DNA from: Heptranchias perlo
Lineage: Eukaryota
Assembly: GCF_035084215.1 (NCBI RefSeq)
Contig: NC_090340.1
Location: 15,562,001-15,626,000, forward strand
Direction: 5' to 3'
DNA length: 64,000 nucleotides
The position numbers and the translations under genes are program-made. Under the pieces are notes generated by a model that saw nothing but the letters and a program-made list of their open reading frames with translations, had not been told where the DNA came from and made no database searches. Shown here one piece after another: positions 1-11,731 of the stretch (position 1 is its first letter; every line of letters starts with the position of its first letter).

Positions 1-759
1 TAACCCATTACACCATCCAGTCCTACATTCAAAAGCGGAGATCTTCATCTTCGACGCCTCAGCTGGGTTTGTTACATTATCTCAGACCTAAAAAAAGGCT
101 TCTAACATTGGCCCAACTCTACAATAATAGACTGCGGCATTCTAATATCTCTGCACAAGATTCCCTTGCTTACATAAGCTAACCTGTTTGTTGTTTCCTC
201 ATTTTAATTTGGTCCAACACAATAGTAATTTTAATTCTGAATTCCACCATTAGAAACTGGCCCAAGACCACAAGTTCTGTTTGCCCTGTTGTAGCCTCAA
301 CAGTCCGTAAATACTCTGAATCCTATCGCCCGAGAACGTAAACCCATATCAACAATAACTACTTTACATTCATTCAAGACCCTGATATCAAGGCAGCCTT
401 AAAGCCGCAGCATCCCACAGCTAGCCCATAAACAGATTCAATGACTTGTTGTGGTAGGTGATTTGTCACCGCTCAGATACCGCTCTTTCCACAGTCACCA
501 TTTGTTATACAAAAACTTGGGTATCAAATCATGCCACATGAGGTAAGAAATTTAGGGAGTTTGTTGCCCTGTCCATAGGAGAATGCTCCCTAAGGGGTAG
601 GTGGTAGACAAAGAAGCCACCCTCGAAGAAAATAGTGATGATCGCACCATCCTCATTACAACTATTTTAACTCTGTGCAAGCTGTAACTAGGAATGTGTA
701 CACTCATGTACATTGTCCAGTGCTCCCCTGGCCAGCCTCACACCTTTCACCCTCTAAAC

Positions 760-1248
760 ACTGCTGCCTGTACCCTAACTCGCACTAAGTTCCGTTCACC
801 CATCACCCCTGTGCTAAATGGCCTACATTGGCTCCCAGCCCAGCAAAGCCTCGATTTTAAAATTCTCATCCTTGTTTTCAAATTCTTCCATGGCCTTGCC
901 CCTCCCTATCTCTGTAACCTCCTCTAGCCCTACAACCCACCTAAATCTCTGTGCTCCTCTAATTCTTGCCTCTTGCACATCTCCGATTTTCATCGCTCCA
1001 CCATTGGCGGCCATGCCCTCAGCTGCCTATCCCTAAGTTCTGTAATTCTCTCCCTAAACCTCTCCGCCGCTCTACCTCTCTCTCCCCCTTTAAGATGCTC
1101 CTTAAAACCTACCTTTTTGACCACCTGTCCTAATATCTCCTTATATGGCTCAGTGTCAAATCTTGGTTGATAACGCTCCTGTGATGTGTCTTGGGACGTT
1201 TTACTATGTTAAAGGCACTATATGAATGCAAGTTGTTGTTATTGTTGT
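760..1248 (+). mobile_element. L2 LINE 3' fragment
   Basis: SPITPVLxxLHWLP..FKILILVFK C-terminal L2 motif and 3' tail (..GCACTATATGAATGCAAGTTGTTGTT); same family as 51930-52403. Confidence 0.88.
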
Positions 1249-1689
1249 CCATCCATACCCCCTTTTTCCGGGTTCTAGCTCCCTGACTCATAGGAACCCC
1301 GAGCGAAGCAGAGAGATCATCAGTGCAATTGCACGTTGGTACATTACTGAAACTGAGCTTGGATATTAAAAAACAGATTCAAAATTAACACATTTTCAAA
1401 TTCATTTGTCACTCTGCCTGTCAACAGGGAATGTTTCATTGCATTAATCACAGTGCTAGTATGTACACACGTGCATTGTGATAAACACAATGATCATGCC
1501 CAGTACACAGCAGTTTGCCAGGGTATTCACAATGTCAACTGTAACTTTGAGTTCAACACAAAACTAATGCCTATAACTATGATGGATGTCAGACAGACAC
1601 CTCTTGTGGTGGGGGGTGGGGGGTGGAGAGCACTAATGAGTCAGGGCTAAAGCTGTAAAGATTGAAAATGTTTAGTGAATCCTACTCAC

Positions 1690-1806
1690 CATCTGAATCA
1701 TAAAGGTCCAATGTGCCGCCGTTACTTGTTCCCCACTCAGGAACAAGATACAAGATGAACGCTATTTTCCGCCCTTCTAACTCGTCATCATGACAGAGCA
1801 ACACAT
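1690..1806 (-). CDS. OGFOD1: OGFOD1 coding exon 5 (117 nt), carrying the Fe(II)-binding HxD motif; gene continues beyond the left edge
   Basis: TTGCAG acceptor, (D)[44 protein letters not shown] donor. Near-identical to OGFOD1 [28 protein letters not shown]. Confidence 0.97.
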
Positions 1807-1959
1807 CTGCAACAGCATCGGGTTCAAAATTTCAGTGCAGTTGTTACCTAAACAATGCTTAATGATGCTTGAGCATTTCTTTCAGTTTAACAACTTTTAC
1901 TGATATATTCAGTTTTTTTTAAGTTTGAAGTCAGGATTTCTTTTTAAAAAGTGTTCCTC

Positions 1960-2300
1960 TGGGGCTCTGCTGATGGCTTAGTGAATAAACATCCAACATC
2001 CTGTACCACCAAGCTACACAGATCACGCAGATTGCTGATTCCATCACTGGTCTGTATGGAGTTAGCTGAGCCTAGCAATGGCAGCAATAGGAACATTCCA
2101 AATTGGCCTATTCAATGGCCCCTGCTGCAAAGTGTACAGGCAACAAGATTGTGCTCAGCTGTGATGACTCCATGGTCAAATACCCTTTAATACTCAGCGT
2201 CCAAACTCGTGAGGAATGGCATTTGGTGCGAAGCATTATACAACTGTCAACAGCCATGGAACTGTCACCGTTTTCAGGAGTGGGGGGGAAAAATGCTTCC
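1960..2300 (+). mobile_element. Decayed SINE-like interspersed repeat
   Basis: Shares blocks (GAGTTAGCTGA, GCTGTGATG) with 42410-42690; tRNA-like head is decayed. Confidence 0.5.
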
Positions 2301-2359
2301 TGATCAGTCATCTCAGGATTCCCCCCGAAAAAGACGGATTTCCTAATCCATACCAACAT

Positions 2360-2735
2360 CAGCTTGGCTTAGTTAGCAGCACTCTCACCTGTGAATCAGA
2401 TTATAAGCCCAAGTATCATTCCAACACTTGCGCACACAATCCAGGTGGACACTGCAAGAGTGCTGCATTGTTGAAGGTGCATCCTTCTGATGAAATTTCA
2501 AACTTCTGTTTGTTGTGGGTGTAGTGGCAATAAAGCAGGGAGTATCCTTAGTATCCTGGTCAGCAATGCCCCCTCATCCAACACCAAAAACAAATTAACT
2601 AATCATTCATCTCACTGCTATATGTAAAATAGCTGCTGCTTTTTACATAGCAAATCACTGCACGTCAAAGTAAGTCATTGTGTGTAAAGCATTTTGAGAC
2701 ATTTGTGAGGGACACAGTAAGGCACTGCAAATCAA
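2360..2735 (+). mobile_element. DeuSINE-like (SacSINE1-like) tRNA SINE with L2-type tail
   Basis: Head TGGCTTAGTTAGCAGCACTCTCACCT..GAATCAGA, central GAGTGCTGCATTG block, L2-like tail; related copies at 9090-9400 and 63495-63900. Confidence 0.6.
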
Positions 2736-2959
2736 TCTCTCTGGTCAATATTGTGAAATCTGATTCTGTGTGGCTCTGTTAACTACACATAAAAACAGCA
2801 TCAGATGTGGACTGAGCATTTCTCTCAACTCATCCAGTACATTAAACACAGCATCCAAAACAAATATAAAACTAGGAAACAAAATATATTTTTGCTGAGG
2901 TTTGTGTCATATTGGACCATTAAGATAACCTTAAAGACCCATCCTTATAGCAGTCTCAA

Positions 2960-3292
2960 ATTAATTGACTGCAATATTCCCAGGGTGTACCATAATACTA
3001 TCATGCATTATCTCTAGTGTGTACCACAGCTACAGCACACCAAATGTGCAATATCGCCAATGTAAAGCTACTTGTGCAATGTCCCTGTGCATACCACAAT
3101 GCCAGTGAAATGCCACATATGCAATATCCCCAGTGTAATGCAACAGTGCCAGTATGATATTACATGTGCAATATTCCCACTGTAATACAACAGATGCCAG
3201 TATGATATTACATGTGCAATACCGCCAGTGTGATATAACACATGCAGTATCTCCAGTAAAATGCCATGCATTCAATATCCCCAATGTGTACC
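2960..3292. repeat. Diverged tandem repeat (CAATATCCCCAGTGTAATGCAACA-like, about 28-48 bp units)
   Basis: Recurring TGCAATAT..CCAGT and TGCCAGTATGATATTACATGTGCAATA blocks. Confidence 0.7.
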
Positions 3293-3317
3293 ACACTACG
3301 TACTTAGTGTTATATAC

Positions 3318-3418
3318 CTGTGTATTCATACTTAGCGCAGGATAAATCCACTGTAGTTTCCAGTTTTACACCAGCAATATCTGACAGCCATGTACGAAAG
3401 TCTTCAAAGAGTACCTTC
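3318..3418 (-). CDS. OGFOD1: OGFOD1 coding exon 4 (101 nt)
   Basis: TTTCTCCAG acceptor, [33 protein letters not shown](D), GTATAT donor. Matches [34 protein letters not shown]. Confidence 0.96.
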
Positions 3419-3930
3419 CTGGAGAAAGACAGAGAGAGAAACAGCTGAGTGACTCTATCTTAGCTAGACCTGAATTAGATCACAAGTTTCACAAAATTTA
3501 AACACAGACTGGGGAGAGAAAAATTCCACAGGAGAACTGCAGATACCGCTTGAAAATGTAGTATATTACTTCAACAGGTACCTAATAAAGACCTGGGTTC
3601 ACACCAATACTGACAGTTCAGTGAAGGGTTGTAGGTGCTTTTTTCAAAGCGGGACACTGTGCAACAGATGATAAGTTTAGCCAAGCTCCTGCCTAGCAGC
3701 CCCCCCAAGTAAAGGATAAACATTTTATAGCACATATATTACAACAAACCCTGGGTGAAAAGAGTGCAAAACAATCAAATGATCCACTCCCCTTTAAGGA
3801 GGTAGTCAGTTGGGCTGATCAATCACTTTTATGGATCCAATCTATGCAATTGAAGTTTTAGCAATGAACTATTCAGAAATTGATTGAAAATGTGCAACGT
3901 CACTCTCTGCTGGTCAGGGAACTGTACTAC

Positions 3931-5450
3931 ATAAAAACAGAAAATTCTGGAGAAGCTCGGCAAATCAGGCAGCATCTGTGGAGAAAGAAAGGGAGTTAAC
4001 GTTCCAGGTCGAAGACCTTTTATCAGAACTGGAAGATGTTAAAAGAGTTAAAGTTTTTGAGCAAGTACAAAGCCAGGGAAAGGCGGGGGGAGGAGAGGAC
4101 AGAACAAAATGGAAGGTCTGTGATAGAGTGGAGGGCACGAGTGATTAAATGTCAAAAGGGATGATTGTGCAAGGCAAGGAAGGTGGTAATGGGACAGGTT
4201 AAGAAACAAAAGATTGATCAGGAGTAGCTGTGAATGGCAGCAGTAGAACCATTACCAGCAGTAGCTGACCGAAAAAATGGGAGCAGTTGTTATGGTCTGA
4301 AGTTATTGAAATCAATGCTGAGTCCGGAAGGTTGTAAAGTGCCTAATCGAAAGATGAGGTGCTGTTCCTCGAGCTTACATTGAGCTTCATTGGGATAGTG
4401 TACGAGGCCGAGGGCAGAGAGGTCAGAGTAGGAGTGGGAAAGGGAATTAAAATGACAAGCGGCCGACAGGTCAGGGTCACACCTGCGGACAAAGCAGAGG
4501 TGTTCAGCAAAGCAATCGCCCAGTCTGCGTTTGGTCTCCCCAGTGTAGAGGAGACCGCATTGTGTGCAGCGGATACAGGATACTAATTTGAAAGAAGTAC
4601 AAGTAAATTGCTGTTTCACCTGGAAGGATTATTTGGAGCTCTGGAAGGGAGGAGGTGAAGGGGCAGGTGGTGCATCTCCTGTGCTCACACGGGAAGATGC
4701 CGTGGGGAAGAGAGCAGGTATTGGGGGCGATGCAAGAGTGGACTAGGGTGTCGTGGAAGGAGCGGTCCCTTCGAAATGGTGAAAGGGGAGGGGAGGGGAA
4801 GATATGTTTGATGGTGGGATCACGTTGGAGGTGGCAGAAATGGCGGAGGATGATACATTGCGTGTGGAGGCTGGTGGGGTGGAAGGTGAGGATAAGGGGG
4901 TCCCTATCATGGTTCTGGGAGACCGCTCTGTCCTCGGCCTCTTACACTGTTCCAATGAAGCTCAAAGGAAGCTCAAGGAACAGCACCTCATCTTTCATTT
5001 CAGCACTTTACAACCTTCCGGACTCAACAGTGATTTCAATAACTTCAGATCATAACCACTGCTCCCATTTTTTCGGTCAGCTAGTGCTGGTAATGGCTCT
5101 GCTGCTTCCATTTACAGCTACTCCTGATCAAATTTTTGTTTCTTAACCTGTCCCATTACCACCCTCCTTGCCTTGCACCATCCTCCCTTTTGTCATTTAA
5201 TCACTCGTGCCCTCTACCCTATCACAGACCTCCTCTTTTGTTCTTTCCTCCCCTCCCCACCCCTCCTTTCCCTGGCTCTGTACTGGTTCAAAAACTTTAA
5301 CGCTTAACATCTTCCACTTCTGACGAAAGGTCTTCGACCTGAAACGTTAACTCTGTTTCTTTCTCCACAAGTGCAACCTGACTTGCTGAGCTTCTCCAGC
5401 ATTTTCTGTTTTTATTTTAGATTTCCAGCATCCGCAGTATTTTGCTTTTG
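3931..5450. mobile_element. Penelope-like element (GIY-YIG) with inverted pseudo-LTR arms
   Basis: Minus ORF 4290-4619 has CTQCGLLYTGETKRRLGDCFAEHL (GIY-YIG) and EQHLIFRLGTLQPSGL. 3931-~4420 is the reverse complement of ~4925-5415. Confidence 0.92.
5316..5352 (+). ncRNA. Minimal type I hammerhead ribozyme motif in the Penelope pseudo-LTR
   Basis: ACTT CTGACGA A AGGTC TTC GACCT GAAA CG TT AACT: intact CUGANGA/GAAA core, 5-bp stem II, palindromic ACGT stem III. Second, core-mutated copy on the minus strand at 3994-4030. Confidence 0.7.
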
Positions 5451-6700
5451 AACTCTACTACATGATCAGCAATTCCCTCATCTTGCTGTAAAACCAAAAA
5501 AATACAGTTGGTCTTAAGCTGACTGTAGTGTACCATCTGCCTTTGAAATCTGTCACCCTAAAGTTAACCAACGGTTTATGTCCCATCACATGCTGCACCT
5601 CCTTCCTGCAGAACGTATCAGAAAGGGGCCAAGAGGTGGGCAAATCTTGTCACTGAAAGTGTCAAGAGAGGGTCCACAAGGGAAAACATTAAGAAGAGGA
5701 TCCATCATTGAATTGTCAGATAGGTTTCCTCACCCTGTCAGAGATGTTGGAGATGACATGTCAGAGAACATATTGGGGAAAGATCATTCCTGAATATTTT
5801 CTAATGTTTTTGTAGTCTGCCAGGCAAAGACAATGACATACAAACTTTAGGGCCATTCAAAACATAGTTGGGTGCTAGAGGGATGAGTTTCAGTGGATCA
5901 AATGGCCTTGTATTATTCTTAACTTTTCTTGCAGTCCCATGTCTTATGGACAGGGTACTCACTGAAAGTGTTGGAGAGGGAGCACAATGCAGTAAGTCGG
6001 AGAGGCCGTCAGTGAATTTAATACATTTGTGACACAGTGCCAATGTGAAACCATGATGCAGTATCTCCAACGTAATACCGTTCATGCAATTGCAGAAAGG
6101 AAATGTGATTGAGGGTCCATGAGAAAACGTGTAAGGGGCTGGAACAGGAACACAATCGTTAGCAGCATGAAGGGCAAGGGTTATACAGGCCAGCATGAGG
6201 GTGAAGGGTTAAATTGGTCAATCGCAGCCAGAGAATAATGTCTAGTACACTAGAAAACTTTTTTTTAAAAAGGGCAAGAGAAAAAACTTTTACACGAGAT
6301 TCCCAGAGTTTACGCAGGAGTAAACAGCAGCTTGCAGAATTCACAAACAGAATGAAAGCAACAATAAATATGCTTCTGCACAGTGAGATGGCTTGGCCAC
6401 GTTTAATTTGCTTTTTAAAAAAGTTTTGCTAAAAATAATTTATTTTCTGCCAGTGAATTTTCCAACTGGTTTATTCCTACTACATTTCATCCAAATGTGC
6501 AGCAGTAGCTTGGTCTCCAGGGTCTTAGCTTCACCCTCTGACTAGTTTTCACAACATATACAAAGCAGGCTGGAGGCTACTCACAACTGAAAACCAGTGC
6601 TGCAGCTAACAAGCGAACCATGGCTGAAAACACAACACAATAATCCGGTTCAAATTGTGCCCTGAGCAAGCTCAGAGAAGATGGGTTCATAGTAACTCAC

Positions 6701-6747
6701 CTTAGTGCTGAGATATGATATTCTTTCCTCTTCCTGAGGTCGTCAGA
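6701..6747 (-). CDS. OGFOD1: OGFOD1 coding exon 3 (47 nt)
   Basis: CCTGACAG acceptor, SDDLRKRKEYHISAL(R), GTGAGT donor; frame-compatible with exons 2 and 4. Too short for the ORF track. Confidence 0.95.
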
Positions 6748-7633
6748 CTGTCAGGAAACAAAAACACAATCTTTACATCTAGAACCTCAATGTGTCAGTT
6801 CCATCTGAATATTTAAACCTAGAATTGTTATTAGCTCCACCTGATTACCTACAATGTATAACCTCAATCAGCTCTGAATATTCATATCTAGAACCTCATT
6901 CTATCGGTTCAAACTGAAATTTACATTCAGAATCACGTCTCACCAGTGCTATAGACAGCCTATTCAGGCATCACATGGAGGCTGGCTGTGTTTTATTCCC
7001 TCCACTCTCTGTTGAATATATTCATCAGATGTTGAAAAATGACCACGTCTTGTGGTCTGTGTTAAGAGAATAAAAATGACAGCAGTGATATAAGTGGATA
7101 AACTGGACAAGTAATTCACTTGTCCTAAATCACTCTAGCAAGTCACTTCCACACTGCTGCACAAGGGTCACCTCACCTGACATCATTCCAGGATTTCTGC
7201 TGTACAGAGACTTTCCTGCACTACAGTGACTACATTTCAAAAGTATTCAATTGGCTGCAAAGCGCTTTGGAGCATCCTGAGGTTGTGAAAGTTGCTACAT
7301 AAATGCAAGTTCTTTCTTTCATCTCACTCTATCACTCCAGTGTGCCCATTCTACTCTGCTGCACAGTGATCATCTTGCCTACATTACTCCAATGTATCTG
7401 GTCCATTCTGCTGTACAGAGATCTCCTCAGTCTACGCTACTGCTATGTGTCTGTTGTACCATGATACATGAGGTCCTTTCATTCAGTACAGTCTGTAAAC
7501 AATGTAACCAGCAACTTCACAGCTTAATTTCATTGATGTGCACATAGCAACAGTTCCTGTCTCTATCAACTTCACTTTGGTATCTCTCTCCACCCATCCC
7601 TTTCATTTGTTCCCTCCACAATCTGTTTCACAC

Positions 7634-7782
7634 CTGTTTGAATTTATAGAGATCGTTGGATTTTTCACAGAAGTTCAGCTGCAGAAGCTCATTCTGAAGC
7701 CCCTCCAGGAATGGTTGACTCTGGATAAAATTCGATATCACACAGTGTGTAAATGGCCGAGTGCCCACCAGCAGGCCCTGGT
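7634..7782 (-). CDS. OGFOD1: OGFOD1 coding exon 2 (149 nt)
   Basis: Polypyrimidine tract + TTTACAG acceptor. Encodes (D)[49 protein letters not shown] (cf. [35 protein letters not shown]). GT donor, phase 0. Confidence 0.96.
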
Positions 7783-8329
7783 CTGTAAAGGGAGAAGGAA
7801 AGACACAGTTAAATACCTTGGCGAGGAGCACTTTTGCTGCAACAAATTACAGACATGGGAACATTTTTGTAACCATTCAGCATCTTTGCAAAAGTGAAAA
7901 GGAAGTTAAATTGTCAAAGGTTGCTAAAAACTACAAAGAGGAAATATCAATACACTGCTACCAGTACCAACAGCTGCAATATCAGTTCCAGCCAAGCACT
8001 CTCTTATTTGTGTTGCCTGGTTTGGACTTGAATTCTCCAGGCCAGGTAAGAGCTCAGCATGTGTAGAGCTCCCCTCCTGGCCATTAATGTTTGAATGTTC
8101 AGATTGTGCATTCTTTGCATTTAAATCAAATCAAATGTGGTTAAGTTTAAAAAATGTTCAAGAGGTCTGATAGACTTCCCGAGCACTTTACGAATACAGG
8201 TTTGACACGAAACAGGAGTTACACCGCATTGTCTAACCCAAGTGCTGCATGGCTGCTCCCTCTCCAAAGTCAGATTGGACCCCAAATTCATACTGCAACC
8301 TTAGTTGTGCAGGCACTACTAACCTTCAA

Positions 8330-8690
8330 AGCAGGCATTGGTGGGCAACATCCATTTACCCTAACTCTTGGTTTTCTATCGATCAACCAACTTTGATTCC
8401 ATGCTGCTAGATTTCCAGACATGATAATACTTCCTCTTATGCCAAACACCTGAATTTTTCTAACAAGCCTTTTTGTGAGACCTATTAAATGCCTTCTGAA
8501 AATCCACACACACACCATAATGCATTCCTTTATCTATCCAGTCATCTCTGCAAAATAAAACCCTATTAAATTTGTCAAACACAACTTTCCTTTAGCAAAT
8601 CATGCTGACTGTCCTTGATTAACCCATATATTTCTAAATGCTCACTAATTTTATCTTGAATTATGATTCAACAACTTTGCCCAATTATCC
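8330..8690 (-). mobile_element. Old CR1 RT fragment
   Basis: Degenerate DFQKAF / GIRG / SWLIDRKPRVRVNG remnants. Confidence 0.7.
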
Positions 8691-8769
8691 CAAAGACCTT
8701 CACAACGTAGTCACTATTGTTATCTAGGCAAACACAGCAGTTGAATTTTCCACAGCAAGCTCCCACAAA

Positions 8770-9089
8770 CTCACCAAGGCTTCTTCGATAGCACCTTCCA
8801 AACCCACGACCTCTACCACCTAGAAGGACAAGAGCAGCAGGTACATGGGAACAACACCACCTGCATGTTCCCCTCCAAGTCATACACCATCCCGACTTGG
8901 AAATATATCGCCGATCCTTCATCGTCGCTGGGTCAAAATCCTGGAACTCCCTTCCTAACAGCACTGTGGGAGAACCGTCACCACACGGACTGCAGCGGTT
9001 CAAGGCGGCGGCTCAAGGGCAATTAGGGATGGGCAATAAATGCTGGCCTCGCCAGTGATGCCCACATCCCATGAATGAATTAAAAAAAA
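8770..9089 (+). mobile_element. 3' fragment of the second LINE family (CR1 superfamily, Zenon-like)
   Basis: Matches the reverse complement of 59470-59800, ending GGGCAATTAGGGATGGGCAATAAATGCTGGCC..CCCACATCCCATGAATGAAT + A tail. Confidence 0.9.
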
Positions 9090-9400
9090 CAGCAAAGAGA
9101 TGAAACACTAGTTAATATGTTTTTAGTGATATTGATCGAGGGATAAATGTGGGCAAGGACACTGGGAGAACTCCCTGCTCTTCTTCAAACAGTATAGTCA
9201 CATCTTTTACCTCCACCTAAACAGATAGATGGGGCTTCGGTTTCATGTCTCATGTCTCATCCAAAACATGGCACTCCAGCATTGCAGCGCTCCCTCAACA
9301 CTGCACTGAAGTGTCAGCCTAGGTTAGGTGCTCAAATCTGAGAGTGGGACTTGAACCCATGACCTTCTGAATGATATCAACAGCGGTCCCACTGACCCAA
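9090..9400 (-). mobile_element. DeuSINE-like tRNA SINE in OGFOD1 intron 1
   Basis: Minus-strand B box GGTTCAAGTCC (about 9348-9358) and CAGTGCAGTGTTGAGGGAGCGCTGCA block. Confidence 0.65.
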
Positions 9401-9509
9401 ATTGTTTCCTCGGCAGTGGCATCTCTGCTGAGCCTCTTGCCTCTCTTCGCCATCCGAGAGCTGCAGCCCTTGCTCCTGCTCCTAGCCCCATACCCTTGCT
9501 TCCCCTCAC

Positions 9510-9663
9510 CATGTGAGTACTCGAGCCCCCGGCTCCAGGCCTCGCTCACTCGCTCCTTCGCTTCCAGCAGCAGGGGGTTGAGTTCCGCGAGCTCCTGCCT
9601 CTTCAGCTGTCTCTTCCTCCCGGCCCCACTCTCCGGATCACTCCGCAGCCTCTTAGAGCTCAT
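9510..9663 (-). CDS. OGFOD1: OGFOD1 coding exon 1 (154 nt)
   Basis: ATG at 9663 gives MSSKRLRSDPESGAGRKRQLKRQELAELNPLLLEAKERVSEAWSRGLEYSH, which resembles the vertebrate OGFOD1 N-terminus (..QVAEAWSRRTPFSH). GTGAGG donor after 9510, phase 1; GC/CpG-rich context. Confidence 0.92.
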
Positions 9664-9725
9664 CCCTCTCCCGGGACACCTGTTCCAATCCTGCGGGTCA
9701 CCACCACACGCTCCCTCGCCGGAGA

Positions 9726-9745
9726 ACTACATCTCCCGGCAGCAC
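9726..9745 (+). promoter_or_regulatory. ZNF143/THAP11-type promoter motif in the CpG-rich OGFOD1 5' region
   Basis: ACTACATCTCCCGGCAGCAC resembles the ACTACAnnTCCCAnnATGC motif of housekeeping/bidirectional promoters; about 60 bp upstream of the ATG. Confidence 0.6.
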
Positions 9746-9820
9746 CTGGCGCGCCACAGGGCACGGGCGACTCCCGTTACAGCGCCACCCAAAGGTCGAA
9801 TGGGAACTTCAGCCACTTGG

Positions 9821-10880
9821 GCAGCGCATCCAGGGGTGGAGTGCACGAGCAGCAACGCTGCCAGTGGTGGAGTGCACGAACAACAGCGCTGCCAGTGGTG
9901 GAGTGCACGAACAACAGCGCTGCCAGGGGGTGGACTGCACGAACAACAGCGCTGCCAGTGGTGGAGTGCACGAACAACAGCGCTGCCAATGGTGGAGTGC
10001 ACGAGCAGCAACGCTGCCAGTGGTGGAGTGCACGAACAACAGCGCTGCCAGTGGTGGAGTGCACGAACAACAGCGCTACCAGTGGTGGAGTGCACGAACA
10101 ACAGCGCTGCCAGTGGTGGAGTGCACGAACAACAGCGCTGCCAGTGGTGCACGAACAACAGCGCTTCCAGTGGTGGAGTGCACGAACAACAGCGCTGCCA
10201 GGGGTGGACTGCACGAACAACAGCGCTTCCAGTGGTGGAGTGCACGAACAACAGCGCTGCCAGGGGTGGACTGCACGAACAACAGAGCTGCCAGTGGTGG
10301 AGTGCACGAACAACAGCGCTTCCAGTGGTGGAGTGCACGAACAACAGCGCTGCCAGGGGGTGGACTGCACGAACAACAGCGCTGCCAGTGGTGGAGTGCA
10401 CGAACAACAGCGCTGCCAGTGGTGCACGAACAACAGCGCTTCCAGTGGTGGAGTGCACGAACAACAGCGCTGCCAGGGGTGGACTGCACGAACAACAGCG
10501 CTTCCAGTGGTGGAGTGCACGAACAACAGCGCTGCCAGTGGTGGAGTGCACGAACAACAGCGCTGCCAGTGGTGGAGTGCACGAACAACAGCGCTTCCAG
10601 TGGTGGAGTGCACGAACAACAGCGCTGCCAGGGGTGGACTGCACGAACAACAGAGCTGCCAGTGGTGGAGTGCACGAACAACAGCGCTTCCAGTGGTGGA
10701 GTGCACGAACAACAGCGCTTCCAGTGGTGGAGTGCACGAGCAGCAACGCTGCCAGTGGTGACGTGCACGCGCAGCAATGCTGCCAGGGGTGGAGTGCATG
10801 AACAGCAGCGCTGCCAGTGGTGGAGTGCACGAACAGCAACGCTGCCAGTGGTGGAGTGCACGAACAGCAGCACTGCCAGG
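9821..10880. repeat. 31-bp-unit minisatellite (about 34 units)
   Basis: Unit GCCAGTGGTGGAGTGCACGAACAACAGCGCT with variants (GGGGTGGACTG, CTTCC, 26-nt deletion units). No stop codons on either strand. Confidence 0.97.
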
Positions 10881-11731
10881 AGTGGGCAATGGCAACTGCA
10901 ATCACTACAATACTGCTCAATCAGAAACTTGAGCAATGAGAAAGTGTACTCCCAGTGGTTGCAAACGGAATTGCAGCTGCTTTTATCAATATTTGTCCTT
11001 GTTATTATCTTAAGAGCAGCATCACAAGAGTTGCCATGGCTGGCATTTTGGGAACAAAAGAACATCAATCCTCTGTCACTCCAAAAACTCTTCATAAACC
11101 ATCCATGAAAATACCAACAGCACAGCTTCATACACTAATATTTCTGCTCGTGAAGCACTGCTCCTGATAGTGTCATAACCTAGAACTCCATTCCTTTCAT
11201 GCAAAAGCTCAAATACAGAGTTAAGTCACTTAATAAGCCAGGGTGAACAGATTCATTAGGCTATGGAAATCTGTGAACTGCACACCAATACAATTACTCC
11301 GAGCAACTGAAAGGTTCAAATTTATGAAACATCTTTCCTTGTTGCAGTTGGCTCTAACTACAGCTTGTTCTTACATCTATTACATGCTATTATATGCAAT
11401 TTTTAGCCACTGCAAACAAAATCCTTTAAGAGTCACACTAAGCACAAAACTATAGTAAATAATTGTTAATAATTTTTTTAAATGCACATTACTTGTAAAA
11501 TATGTGTGAAGCCAGACCAATTGTGAACAATCTTTAATGAGAATGATTTTTTTTCAGTGTTGCAAGCGCATATTCTTCATGACATCACCGATATTATAGA
11601 GTCTAGCAACTAACTTCCCTGCATGCTACTCATTATAGTTTGGTTTAGCTGAGTGCTGTTACAGAAAGGGAAAGATGAGCACAATGCAATCTACATGAGT
11701 TCAATGCTGTGAAGGGAGAAGTAGAATATCA

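Noticed and set aside
1-700. Possible LTR-retrotransposon gag remnant (also weak Gypsy-like hints at 1255-1345 and 5460-5800)
   Set aside because: No diagnostic motif is readable, and no OGFOD1 exon 6 was found here either.
9821-10880. CRISPR-like array (31-bp repeats)
   Set aside because: The units are directly adjacent with no unique spacers, there are no cas genes, and the context is vertebrate.
9371-11131. Six overlapping 314-476 aa ORFs on both strands
   Set aside because: They are a by-product of a stop-free 31-bp minisatellite; the same peptides cycle through all frames and no domain is recognisable.
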